A stretch of 58,250 nt of DNA, the filler included, from Dugesia japonica (lineage: Eukaryota), in assembly GCA_001938525.1 (NCBI GenBank). It is 5 parts of 5 records of this genome, joined end to end, with 100 filler letters (N's around TTAATTAATTAA, not from the genome) between each part and the next. Parts side by side here need not be neighbours in the genome. Positions count along the whole stretch, not along the records: positions 1 to 11,351 come from MQRL01577806.1; positions 11,452 to 20,977 come from MQRL01641085.1; 3 more parts are not named here. The stretch is one strand, 5' to 3'. Numbering within the stretch: position 1 is the stretch's first letter; every line of letters begins with the position of its first letter. The notes beneath the pieces are model-generated. The model made no database searches, was not told where the DNA came from, and worked only from the letters and a program-made list of their open reading frames with translations. Below, piece by piece: positions 1 through 13,143 of the stretch. The position numbers were made by a program, and so were the translations under genes.

Positions 1-637
1 AAGCCTTATCTTATTTTAATGAAATCTCAAATCCGATTAATGGTTAAGTCCAACAATTATTCTCACAATAATTGCAATTATAAAATTTAATGATTTAATT
101 TAAATATTTGCCAAATCTGATTTGAATAAATTCTGTTTCAAAATACAAAAAATTTAAATTCGTTTTTAAAAGCCATCTTACACATACGATTAGAAGTTAA
201 TAATAAAAAACAAAATTTTCTCAAGTGGACGCTAAATTTTCTAATTTAAATAGCTGTCGGTCTGACCGTTAAAGTCATAGTAGAACTGATAGTAGGATGC
301 ACTTTAATCAAATTTTTTCAAAACGCGATGTATTTGGATTCAAATTTCGACCAACCCTGATGAATTTATAAATATTCTTTTTTGTTTTAGTTGTAATAAC
401 TAAAGCAGCATAAATTTGATGGAAAATTAGCCTCAAATTAAAGGTAAAAGTTGAGAAAATCAATATTATTTAATCAATTAATAATTAATTTATAATTAAT
501 AAATAATAATTGGTAAATAAAAATTATTTTANNNNNNNAGCTCAATTGTATCTCAATTCAATAAGAAATATTAAAACCAAATGATAGATGACAAACAGAA
601 AATTTTTCTATAAAACATATTTTTTTATAATCGTTTA

Positions 638-912
638 TAATGGTTTTCAAGCTGTTCGCCGAGGAGCCGTGGCTGTGTTAAAAGGGCGCCGCGAGATTTT
701 TCCAATAATAGCAAATCGAAAAGACGAATAAAAATCCATTTGTTATTGTTGTGACATCAAACTATAAACTACATAATTTTTTAATAATATAGCAGTAATA
801 ATAATTAACCCATTAAATAAAAACGCAAAAGACAAAAACTTTGAATTAGGGCGCCGTAAAAAATTTCGATATAATAGAGGCACCACAAACCAAAAGAGTT
901 TGGGAACTACTG
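638..912. mobile_element. Degenerate hAT (Charlie-like) MITE
   Basis: Right end TTTGGGAACTACTG (reverse complement CAGTAGTTCCCAAA), left end TAATGGTTTTCAA, internal GGGCGCCG subterminal motifs. Confidence 0.5.
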
Positions 913-941
913 TTTTACATGATTAAAATTATTAAATTTAC

Positions 942-3900
942 CTTTATTATTTGAAAACTGATTAGGATTATCATATGAAAGGATGTTATTTGAACTTAAC
1001 TCAGATTCGACAGATGTTTCTCGATGAGAATTTAAAATAAATGATTTGAATCGTTGATTGGAGTCAGAATGAGAAATGTTATTTTCTAAATTAATTTATT
1101 CGTAAAATGATAATGAAGAAGTAAATAAGTAACGTTTATCAGCAGTCCACTGGTTTTGAAACACGAGACTAATACGCCTGGCTTCTTCAGCGATTTGTTG
1201 TTGATAATCTTCATTGTTCTTCATACCAGGTTGAGGTCTACAATGTTTCTTTCTTCCACCAACCTTTCTGGAATGAATATCAGATAATCTTTCAGTGTTC
1301 TCCAAATTATCATAATCTGATCTGAATTGAGTATTTCAACAAATTAAATAATTAGTCAATTCTAAACACAATTCTTTCAAGAATAATTTTAAAGAATATT
1401 TTTACATTGTTTTGCATGAATGTGTTAAGTGAAAATAATTAGAAAGATATTATAATAACGCATAATAACATAATTAAGTAAATAGCACAAGTTATAATAG
1501 GCTATATCATGAATTTATCGAATTTATCATGAAGTAGGTATATAGTAATCTTTACTCTAGAAAATAGCTTCAATAAATCACAATAAGGATTTATTATGAT
1601 AAATTAATAAACAATAAATTCAATTATATAGTCTCAGAGGAGCTTAAATCATTGGCTGTCAACATTGATTACATAATCATTTTAGTATTTATTGTCCTTC
1701 AATATTGCTTAATTAACTACTTTCGTTGGTCAATACTTAGATTACAGTCATGATTATCTAAAATAAATTAAAACTAAAATATTTCATTAAAAAAAAACTA
1801 ACAAACTTGTATTATTTAATCAACCATAAATTTTATTAATATAATATTTATTAAAGTAATGATTACTATATACCCACTTTTGTTGTCTTCAGGAATTTAT
1901 TTTTTTTAGTTAAAGGGTAATTCTTGAAGATGACAATTGTCGAAAATTTGATTTCCTACCGACAAATAAAATAAACAATATTTTGATCGAAGCTTTTAAA
2001 ATCATACAAATATATTAATATCGCAAATATTTGATCTGCAAAAAATGAAATATTTTATTTATCTACCAACAATAACAATAATCGTCTTTTGAAAAAATAT
2101 ATATAAAATATAATCTCTCATGTATTAAAACAAACACTAAAAAGTTAAAAGGAAAACCTGTCAAAACACACATTAATCAGCTACTAAATAAAATAAACCC
2201 GATAAAATTCCCCGAAGAAATTGTCGCTACTTTCCTAAATACATTGAATTTATTGATCAGTTAAATCATATAAAAAGTCTATCATGTGCAAAAAATGATC
2301 ACTAAAACTGATCATTTCAACAAAATAATAAAGTCGTATTTATTGTTTATTATTAATTTAAAACAACTAAAAAAATAAGAACGATTTAAACGATAATTAT
2401 ACAAATTACATATATTGATTAAATGATATCTAAATGTCAGCCATAACTGATACTTATCGAATTATCTAATAACTCAATGCGGGAGATAATCTCCTAGAAA
2501 TATTCGATATCTGATTGGTATTATGATTAATATGAAATGTCTCAGCTGCATTACACACTTTTCGATTAATTTTCCATGGTATCTTAATAAACCAATAATC
2601 TTAAAACAGTTAAATAAATCGATTGATATTTTATTACATAAAATCAATTAATTAAACTTTTTTTACAGTAGTTGAATTTATTATATATAGTTAAGAAGTT
2701 GCAATAAATTGACAATAAAAGATTTGTGTTTTTAACAAATATTTTAGTTTATTGATTTTTCAATTGATGTAATTTAAAAGATTTTGAGAAAATCGATAAA
2801 CAATTTTTTATCTAACAAAACACAGAATTATTTCATTGAAAACGTCTATTTTATTTTAGAAAATTATTTCAACAAAACTTTTCAATAAAATATAGGCTAT
2901 ATCGAAAAAAATGATCGCTTTTAAATTTTAAATATTTCGAATTAAAATTGTGTTTAATTAATTGAATAGGTGAGCGTAACTTTAAATCTATGTTTTATAA
3001 ATTAATTTCAGATTATTATGGAATGCACAAAAGATAAAATGTATTTTTTAATTGAAACTCTTAGAAGTAACAACATGAAACGTTGTGAGGTTTATGTGAT
3101 CCTTCATAAAGCATGGTCGCAGGAATTTATGAGACAATCAACTTTTAAAACAACTGGAGAGAAGTCGTACAGATTTTAAACATTGATGAAATAAAAACAT
3201 TTCTAAATAGTGAGCTACCAAAATTCACAAATATTCGTATCGGTAAAGCATTGGATGCATCTATTGAACCAATGAAGAATATTATTGAGACAGGTGACTG
3301 CAATGTATAAAAATTTTTTACAGCAAATATTTTTTTTATAATACAGATTTAAAGTTATGTTTATCTTTTAAATTAATTAAACAAATACATATAATTTAAA
3401 ATAAGTAAAAATTTTAAAACGATCACGTTTTTCGATATAGCCTATTGAATCTATTGAAATCGATTATGGTTAAAAGAAAATAGAAAATTAAGTGAATGTC
3501 AGAATATCTTTTAAATTTATTGATTTCAAAAAAATAAGTGAATATTAAATAATAAATTGATTACATTTTTACATTTATCTGGTTTTTGATCCAAAGAATA
3601 AGATATTTATTTAGGAAGATGTGGCTTAAAATTTCCCATTTTTACCTGAATGTTTTTCAATATTCGGCTGATTAAGTGTTCCTCTATCAACGGAATTGAA
3701 AATATGCGTAAAAAATTACTTGACCAACAGACAGGACAGGTAGAGATGCCACAATGTAAACTGACAACAGAAAATTGCAGTTCGTAAGACACCTGTCTTA
3801 TTGGGAAATAATTATGTTTATTTATTGTTGGTCTAAGAAAATGACGAGCAATAAATTTTGCGAATACAATTGGTTATAATTTAAAAAATCAATATAAATA

Positions 3901-4838
3901 AATTTGAAAAATTTAAATAAAATAATGAGAATTAAGCTTTCTTTGCTGGATTTTTAGAATAATTAAAAAGATAAACAGATAAACAAATAAATAATAACCA
4001 TTACAAACAATCACAATAATAAACAGACAATAATTATGTCAAAAAATTACTTCCTTATCAGTACTTATGAATTCGGATCACAAAAGTTATTAGCAGTCGA
4101 AAAAAATAATAATTCTACATAAATCAATAATCAATAAAGTTAAAGTCTAAATATGACATAATAATTTTTTTTGCCATTATAATATTTAAAATTTTTACAT
4201 TAATTTTAATTCAAAAAATATTGATAAATCTATTTGAAATAAATAGAGCTATTGAATATAAAAATTTTAAATATATAGAATTTGATTTTAAATAAATTCA
4301 ACACAATTTTTGTAAGTTAGATATTAGTTTCCGATTTTCAACCATATTTAATCAAAATTTCTTTGGAGTGGAAAATGAAGAAAAACGTTTCATCACTTTT
4401 TCGATCAAAATTTACTCTGACACCAAACAAGTCTTCAATAAATCGATAGACGTATTTCTAAAGGATTTTATGAAAATATCTCAAGTGAGGAAATAATCAA
4501 AAGGTAATAAAGTCATAAGTAATTTGGCTTAAATATGACCTCATCGTTCTAGATAAGTTATAATATTTAAAGATTCTGCATTACAATGCACTTACTTAAA
4601 CTTCACTAACAAAATTCAATTATTCGATTGAAGTCACATACCTTCAGAGAGTTGATTCATGTAATAATGTAACATCTTCAATGGACTAGTTTGAAAATAC
4701 AATGGATTTCCATATTCCAGTATCAACTGATTGTTTTGAGTCCACCAGATCAATCTTCATAAACGTTTTTAAATTTATATTCAAATATATTTACGATGGA
4801 TCTCTTTTTAATTAATTTACAAATTCTATTTAGGGTTG

Positions 4839-4904
<66 letters not shown>

Positions 4905-4995
4905 NNNNNNNNNNNNNNNNNNNNNNNNNNNNNNNNNNNNNNNNNNNNNNNNNNNNNNNNNNNNNNNNNNNNNNNNNNNNNNNNNNNNNNNNNNN

Positions 4996-5062
<67 letters not shown>

Positions 5063-8000
5063 ATGAAGTAAAAATCTATTATTATATTTAAAAGCTTGAT
5101 ATAACTTTTTGGATAACATGTATATTAATTCGTCAACTATTCTCAAATACGTTGAGTAGGTTTAGTTAAATAGAATGAGCTAGATAAACCATTTGTTTAT
5201 AAATAATATTCTACTGTTATGCTTTAACATACTAAAATGTTATTCGCATCGTTGAATGCTAATGTTGATCTTGTTAAAGTTAAAATGAAATAATTATATT
5301 TCTGACAAATAAGAAATATTTGTCTGTAGCTAAATTAATGGATTTAATTTTCATCAGCATTAACAATAGAAAAGAAAGATGGATTATGACGATATTTGAA
5401 TCAGTTGGCAAAATACCGATAGAAAAATTTCAAATAAATTCCTGTAATTTTAAATACCAATTAAAACTAGCTGTCGAAATTTCACAATATTAGATCATCT
5501 ATATTTATTTATAAAATCTATTTAATTACGACAAATTAAAATAAGAAAATCTATATTGAAAGATAATCTCAATTTACCTTTTACCATTTAGACTTCCACT
5601 ACTATTTTGACTGGATTTTTGAAAAGGTAATTCCAGAGGTTTATGAAATTCTTGAGGTGGTAATCTGGGGAAAAAGGGTGCCATAGGATCTTCATTATCT
5701 ACATCATAATTTAAATAAAGTTGAGTAAATCTTTTGTCTCCTGGTTGCTCATCATACTCATCACTGTCATATACTGAAGAAGCCACATCTCCGACATATC
5801 TGAAAAAATATCATTAACCATTATTTTGTGTTACTAAGAATTAAAATTACCCGCTCAATGCATCACTATCGTCACCATAATTATATCGTCCGATATCGCT
5901 ACTTCTAGATGCCATTCCGGCATGGATGTGATTTCCACAATCTTGAAGTGAATTTCTTCCACTGACGTTGTCATAATCTGATCTTTCCGGACTGCTATTT
6001 GTGTATCTTCCATGTTTTTTTGCAAACCTCGAAGTTACACTTGGTCTTACTATTTCTCTTTCCAATCGTAACCCCATATGAGAATCACCAAAATCAGGCA
6101 TTCTAACAGGAGCAATATCTGGTAATCTTGTTAATTTATTTTGTTCTTGTCCAGATCTTGAAGGAGTTTTACTAGAAATAGAGCTTAGATCTTCTCCACG
6201 ACTTGAATTTGCCAATGAATATATTTCTTCGTTTTTCAATTTATTGATATTTGATGAATCGCCCCAGGGATGAGATACAAATACCTATAATACGTGTTTA
6301 AATTAGATAATCGTGCAATGAAAATTAAACTCTATTATTGATACAGTCTTGAGAGTAAGGATCATCGAAGATTTTATCTTGTTTGTAGGGATGATTTCCA
6401 TAGAAATCTGGATTAAGTATATTATTACCGGGAAACTTATAATACGAATTTAAACGATCTTCATTAGCCATTGAACCGATTGCTGGATTAGATGACTTCA
6501 AATCACAGTCGGTTTCAGTTTCTAAATCAGAAACCAATGGATTTTCGCTGAGATCAGATATCAAATCGCTGTGAAACCGAATACAATCTACATCGGAATC
6601 ATCTTCGTCTCCGTGGATATTACTACTCAACAAATCATTAGAGTCCGACCATTTCGAACACCAATCAGATTTGTTTCTATGTTTATCTTTGTGATTTTCA
6701 TTTGACTTGTATCTACCAGCATAGCCAGGATAATCACTATACATGTCTTCGTCATCATAACTCGTCCAACCAAGGTCAGTCACTAAACTGATACAAGAAG
6801 ACCCATTATCAAGCCCTTTCGAAGCAGTATCCCGACTAGATATTCCACAGTGCATAGCAAGAGGAACATGGTCCGTCTTAAAAATTTCATCCGTCAAACT
6901 TATCTAAGAAACCAATATTTCATAAACAGAATAAAATAATCATAATAATCACAACTTGGATCATTATTCAATTTAATTTTTAAAAAATTTGTTAAATGAA
7001 ATTAATTAATTTTTGAACGATTAATTCGTTTTTACTTACAGTTTAATTAATTATAAATTTTTTTCAATTAATTTTTTTAAATACAAACTATTTATTTATC
7101 TTTTCGATTTAAATAAATTCTTGTGTATAAACTTAGTGGTATTGATTTTATTATTCAAACGTCAACGAGTTTTCTGCTACCAACTATTTTCGTTACAAAT
7201 GAGGTTAAATTGAATATATATCAAAAAACGAAAAATTACTAATTTTTAATATTCCTTTCAGATTCCATCGTAGTTTTTTTTTTGTAATTTCGATAATTCA
7301 GTTAATATTTCAAATTTCACAGCTAGAATAACAACTTAATTGAAATAATTGTAACAGGGACTTTGTGAACATCACTGGCGAGAATTATTATTTTACAAAT
7401 CGAGAAATATAACGAGAAAAGACATTTTATTAATATGGCAATTAAAAATATTTCAATAGTAAANTTTAAATTTAGCCATTGATTTTNAAANTTTTTTTTT
7501 AATATTAGTATTTTTTAGAACAAATATAAACAATTAATAATTATACTTAATTATTTGTTTACAAAAAAACATTCACGTGTATTACGAAGCTTTGTTCTAT
7601 TGATAAAAATGCTATTAATTTGAAAAATTCTTTAAACATCATTTCAACCAATGAAAATCTCAATAAGTATATAAATATATCAAATCGAAATCTACTGTAA
7701 TTATTTTCAAAACTAAACATTCAATCCATTTAACCAGAGTTACTGCAAAGTTATTATTAATATGTAATGTTTTGATATGTAAATTAATGCAAATAAGTAT
7801 CACGTATTATTAAATATTTAAAACATTTCAATATAAGAAAATTATTATTAGTGTTTACAACGAGCAAAACAATCATTATTTTCAACAATATAAGTATTTA
7901 ATTGGATAATCGATTTCTAAAATTATCTCAATGAGCATGAGTCATAGATTGCCAACTAATACTGTCTGCGTACATCAAAAGTCCACGTGGAGCAATTCGC

Positions 8001-9355
8001 CTTAAAAGTAAAATGAAAAATTAAGCTTTTCATTTCAGCCAATCCAAAAAGAGTAAACTATGAATAGATGTTCATTTAAAACTAAAATAAATAAATTGAG
8101 TGCTTTATTAAAATTTGCCGTTTTATTTTTTTCAAATAGAGGAAAAAATAAAATTTGTTAAAAAATAATTAAATTACATTGCTGATAAACTTCAAAGAAC
8201 CAAATTGAAATCTCCATTTAATTTTCAAAAATTTTAGAAAAAATTTCATGAATAATAATTTGGAATTCTCTTAATAGTTATTTGAAAATAATCGTAATAT
8301 TAATCCTTTGTTTGAAATGGATTGAGACCTATTTAAAAAAAATAACAAGATAAGCTTATATGACAAACTGATTGCCTTTAATTTTTTAAAATACTATTTT
8401 GACTTCAGNATGAGATTAATAATACAAATAAATTTTATTCAGTGATTTTGATTCAAGTTATTTGCATTGGAATCCAATATATAAATGTACATGAGCATCA
8501 TTGTACTTTTCGATAAAATCAATAAACTTCTTAAAACATTTTTTTGCAGAATAAAATCAGTCAATTTTGAAAATGAAAGAGTCATCTGATTCATTGTTAT
8601 TATGATTATTATTATTATTATTATTGAGCTCCCAAAGAATAAAAAACAAGCTTTATGTCATGAAATAAATCTTTTAGTAGGATTATTATACAATATTGAA
8701 TTTNTTCATTAACATCTTATGAAACTCTTACTTTGTTATCACTGGAAAAGTTTCCTTGACAATTTTCCATTATTTTTGTGCAGTTGTTATTGGATTCTTT
8801 CTTTCCTGGTATTTTCAATAATCATATTAATGTGAAGTAATAATCTAGAATTTACCACTCTCGTCAGATGAAGTAGCTCCACCAGATCTACGCGCTGCTA
8901 TAGAACTACTGTCTCGAGAATTAGAGGAATTTCTATTTCTTTTAGATAAATGATCGCTATCATCTCCATTAATACCACCATTAGGACTTGTGGGTCGTCG
9001 ATAGTCAGGAAAATCAAATGATGCTCCACCAATTCTAAATTACTTTGAAATTAGAGATATTTTAGAACTAAATAATAAATATGCATTCAGACAATCTTTA
9101 TTATTAAATTAGATTGAGAAATCTCCCTAACGTTTTTTACTATAAAACCCTTGAACCTTGGTTCGCTAGACGTCAGAAATTATCGACATTAGCTGGGTTT
9201 ATTACTTTATCAGCAGGTTTTAGTGAAAATTGTTATTTGATCTAAAAAAACTGAGATTTCGTTAACATTTCGTTACAGTTTTAATGGATTATATTCCCTA
9301 TAATATAAATTATAATTTCATCAACTTATATTTTATAATTTTATTATTATTATTA

Positions 9356-9390
<35 letters not shown>

Positions 9391-9813
9391 TTTGTTATTA
9401 TTACTATAATTATTATAATTTACTAAAAAATTACAATCTGCATTTTTGATGAAAAAACCTGTCGATGTTATTAGACACATTTTTAGATAAAATACTTTAA
9501 TAAAAACTAACATATTTGAGCCAAATGAATTAGAACTATTCGTATTTCCACGCGAATTTATTCGTTCCAATCTATGTTCAGTGTGATTCTCATTAAGTGA
9601 GCAACCAAATTCATTATCTTTTTGTTTAACATTAATTAGTCTGGATCTACGAATTTCTTCCATGGGATCCAATAAGTTAGCTTGACTCTCGGCCATCGAC
9701 TCATATCTATAAATATTATAATATTAATATTAATATTAATATTAATANNNNNNNNNNNNNNNNNNNNNNNNNNNNNNNNNNNNNNNNNNNNNNNNNNNNN
9801 NNNNNNNNNNNNN

Positions 9814-9871
<58 letters not shown>

Positions 9872-11351
9872 TGTGTGCATCACATACTCATTGTCAGTAT
9901 ATATTGGATTATGATGGCTCATGATATCTGTTTGGTCCACATCAAATATTCTATCATCAGACGTGGTCATTATGTCAACACTGGCGATATCCTCTTCTGC
10001 ATTATGATATGATTCATCTTCAATTAAATCTGTTTCTGGTACGGTTTTGTATGACTCTGGAATTAAACTTAATCTTTCGTTAGGAGGCATTGAATAATTT
10101 GCCGATTTGGTCCTTGGATTTGTTGAGCATGCTTTCTCAAGCTCTAAAAAGCTGTCCATTGAAGAAGAAGGAGTGATACATTTTGAAGATTTTGTGTTTC
10201 GTTCCTTAGGTGGGCTTATGGCAGACTGAGTCATTTGATTTATGTCCTTTATTTATGAGAGATTAAAAACAAAATTTCAAAATATTTATTCATAACTTTT
10301 CTTGAAAATTTTTCTCGTGGATTTTGATTGTCTATTAAACATTGATTATATTGATTATTTTGAGGAAGAATTAAAGGTGATGAATTTTGAACTAAATTTA
10401 TCTAAATAAAAGTAATATTGAAAAACGATATGACTAATATAAAACAGACAAATTAATGGCATAAATTGAATGGACTGCAGTTAAATTTTTGTCACGATTC
10501 CATGTCGTTAAAATATAACAGAATATGATGAAGTAAATACACGGCTATTAAAATCATATGACAACTGTTTAATAATAATCTACACAAACGTTCAATATTA
10601 TATTAGAAAAAATGAGTTAATGCAGCTGTTTTCGAAAGAAATTATAAAAAGACTGTGACATAATTTCTTAACCAATGTTGCCGTGAAATTACAGAATGCA
10701 ATATAACCAAATTGTAAATTAAAAATGCTTATTGAAACAAAAAAACAAATAAGATAAAAACAGCCGAATNNNNNNNNNNNNNNNNNNNNNNNNNNNNNNN
10801 NNNNTCGGCAAAATACCAATATATAATAAATAGTAACTGCTGGTTTATGTCGACAGTATTTATTTGTAATATTATTATTTTACATTTGCATTTACATTGT
10901 CTGAATAAATCCGTCGATGAGGAGGAGGAGATGGTGGTATCACAGAATCCGGCAGCTCAGTGGCTAAATTTCGATAATGGTGAATTTTTGGTCGAGTTTC
11001 TAGAATTGATTTCCGACTGATATGTTCTTGTGGCGATTGCATGATATTGACATTATGGACTGGAACAGCGGGTGATTTATGCGGGAGAACTTGTGGAATT
11101 GTTGGATTGACTGACGATGAACCGATGAGAGTTGGATTAGTCAATGGATTCATTGCTGGAATAATCGACGAAATATTCGATGGCAATGGAGAATTACTGC
11201 TAGTATTTGAAGATAGATTAGCTAATGATGTTATTGGAGTTACAGAGAATAGGACATTGGATTTATTAAAATTTTGAACATTTGGCGAAATTGCGGCAGG
11301 TATTCCACCGTTTCTGGGCATTACCAATGGATTATTTGACATGAGACTTGA
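942..11351 (-). CDS. Large multi-exon host gene, Ser/Asn/Asp-rich and mostly low-complexity, product unidentified (partial; both ends not seen)
   Basis: Hand-built exons with AG/GT boundaries and matching phases: 10884-11351 (cut by gap), 10297-10401, 9888-10246, 9512-9706, 8856-9034, 8732-8805, 6331-6903, 5851-6284, 5578-5799, 4642-4754, 4596-4605 (micro-exon), 4416-4457, 3646-3832, possibly 2454-2493, then 1134-1321 and 942-1085. Many introns are 46-52 nt. The link from 3646 to 1321 is less certain. Matches ORF-track entries 10875, 9716, 9310, 6325, 5847, 5574, 3607 and 1096. Confidence 0.8.
2895..3442. mobile_element. Non-autonomous DNA transposon with TIRs and TA flanks
   Basis: GGCTATATCGAAAAA at 2895 and TTTTTCGATATAGCC ending 3442; TA on both sides. 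Confidence 0.6.
4841..5060. repeat. (ATT)n microsatellite spanning an N gap
   Basis: Direct reading. Similar (AAT)n tracts at 9342-9400, 9814-9868, 21078-21143, 22243-22375, 24144-24214; (ATTCTT)n at 20910-20977. Confidence 0.95.
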
Positions 11352-11451
11352 NNNNNNNNNNNNNNNNNNNNNNNNNNNNNNNNNNNNNNNNNNNNTTAAT
11401 TAATTAANNNNNNNNNNNNNNNNNNNNNNNNNNNNNNNNNNNNNNNNNNNN
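11352..11451. other. Artificial assembly spacer 44N-TTAATTAATTAA-44N (also 20978-21077, 30718-30817, 48289-48388)
   Basis: Four identical 100-nt constructs containing a 12-mer with stops in all six frames. Confidence 0.95.
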
Positions 11452-11740
11452 TACGATAGTTGGCCTTACTACGACACATTTACCCCCGTATCCGCAGCTC
11501 TCGTCATTCATTCAAAATAATTTGTGGAACGAGCGGAATGCCCTTAATTATCGAAATGACGAAAATAGATCGAGAGATAATATATAATATTGATTTGTGA
11601 AATTTCCTTTACCTGATTTTATTGATTTTAAATTCATGTTGTTGTTCAATTAATTTATTATAATAATTCTTGGTGTCTTTAATAAAATCTTGTACCTAAG
11701 TAATGAATAAAAATTAATCATACTTTATTTTTTCGCATAG

Positions 11741-12305
11741 TGCATTCATCACTAAATCGTCCACCCGCTCCAACTAAGAAGATTCGGGAGGATAGTGAGG
11801 ACATAGAGATGTCCTGGAACTTATATCGTTTAGCCAAACGGCTTTGGGAGTCGACGTGGCAACGTCAGCCGCCAAAGTTAAAAGATACAAAAACAAATGC
11901 GCTAGCATTCGCCTGGAAATGAAACTCGTCCAAGAACAAGAACGAGTCTGGAANNNNNNNNNNNNNNNNNNNNNNNNNNNNNNNNNNNNNNNNNNNNNNN
12001 NNNAGATGTCCTGGAATTTATATCGCCTATCTAAAAGACGTTGGGAGGCCGATGTAGCGACCGCCGAGGCGAAGGTGAAAAGGTACAAAAATAAATGTAC
12101 CCGGGTTCGGGAGGAATTACGACTGGCTCAGGAGCAGGAACGAGTCTGGAAAGCTCAAGTCGAGTCATTCGCAGAGATTATCCGGTCCAGCCATGACCGA
12201 GAGAATAAACTGGTTAAGGATATTCTTTTATTAAAAGATAAATCGTATCTCGAACCCCTTATGATTGATAAGGGCACACAAACAAAAAACGTTTCACGTC
12301 CATGA
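11741..12305 (+). pseudogene. Retroelement-associated accessory ORF1 (copy A): coiled-coil protein ending IDKGTQT
   Basis: Acceptor tttttcgcatag|TG; reads HSSLNRPPAPTKKIREDSEDIEMSWNLYRL...KVKRYKNKC...QEQERVWKAQVESFAEIIRSSHDRENKLVKDILLLKDKSYLEPLMIDKGTQTKN. One frameshift and a diverged duplicated segment across the 11954-12003 gap. Homologous to 55181-55470 (-). Confidence 0.6.
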
Positions 12306-12438
12306 TCTGGTCTCTGTGTAAATATATAAATATCACTCTTTGCTACTTGATTGATTTGAGTTTTAAGTCTGTCGATAATTTTATAAGTGTTGAAAATTCT
12401 ACTTTAACTTACACCCACTTAATGTTCTTCTATTTCAG

Positions 12439-12821
12439 TGCCGAGAATTCAGTTCCCCACTAGTTTAAGGCGTTGTCATCGTCTTTTACGCCACCTCCTC
12501 GTCGAACGACATTTGAAGAGAAGAGCAGACAAAGCCTTGCTAAAACATCTCGATCAACGCGATCGATTAATCAAGAAGCTTGATCTTGTCGTAAAGAAGC
12601 AAACCGACCTAGCAAATCAAACGAAAGCGTTGAAGACGGAAAATAAACTCCTCCTCCAACGTAAAATAGAGTTCCTCAAGCAATACATCTCCGACTTGTC
12701 GCGTCAACTGGGCAATCCCAATATATCTCAGTGGGATGACGATGACGATGTCGCGGCCTTTAACCTGACCATCACCTCCCCTGACCAATGGCTAGATCCG
12801 GAGGCGCTAGATTTACTCTAA
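12439..12821 (+). CDS. Retroelement-associated accessory ORF2 (copy A): basic N-terminus, coiled coil, acidic QWDDDDD tail; open frame
   Basis: Acceptor tatttcag|TG; 127-aa open frame; AATAAA just after the stop (about 12836); homologous to 54719-55048 (-). Confidence 0.65.
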
Positions 12822-13143
12822 TTTTGTTAATGTCAAATAAATAGTTTAATNNNNNNNNNNNNNNNNNNNNNNNNNNNNNNNNNNNNNNNNNNNNNNNNNN
12901 NNNNNNNNNNNNNNNNNNNNNNNNNNNNNNNACCTCCCATTAAGAGCGAGGTCAACCGCAGTAAACTGAAAGCCTACCATAGGGACGGTAGGATTAAATT
13001 CTTGAAAGGGTTCCCTTGAAGACTGTTTTTCCCCAGTCACTTTTCCAAGCTCAGGTAGAACCCCAACATATTTAATGAGTCAAGATGGTATTGTAACTAG
13101 CTACCACGCCGAAATCACAGTTCTCACAAATAGTCAGCAGCGG

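Noticed and set aside
4796-5146. Poly-L/Y/I/N ORFs (also 9682-9924, 22206-22406) and X-rich ORFs at 31685-32076 and 44897-45223
   Set aside because: They are translations of (ATT)n microsatellites and N gaps.
11396-11407. Recurrent TTAATTAATTAA palindrome as a biological motif
   Set aside because: Always centred in 44N+44N; it is an assembly linker.
11741-11760. Spliced-leader trans-splicing supplying the ATG
   Set aside because: A leader ending in AUG joined at AG|TG would be out of frame (ATG TGC ATT CAT CAC TAA).
12290-12439. ORF1 and ORF2 as two exons of one protein
   Set aside because: Both copies of ORF1 end in a stop shortly after the TQ motif and no shared phase-compatible consensus donor was found. 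Not fully excluded.
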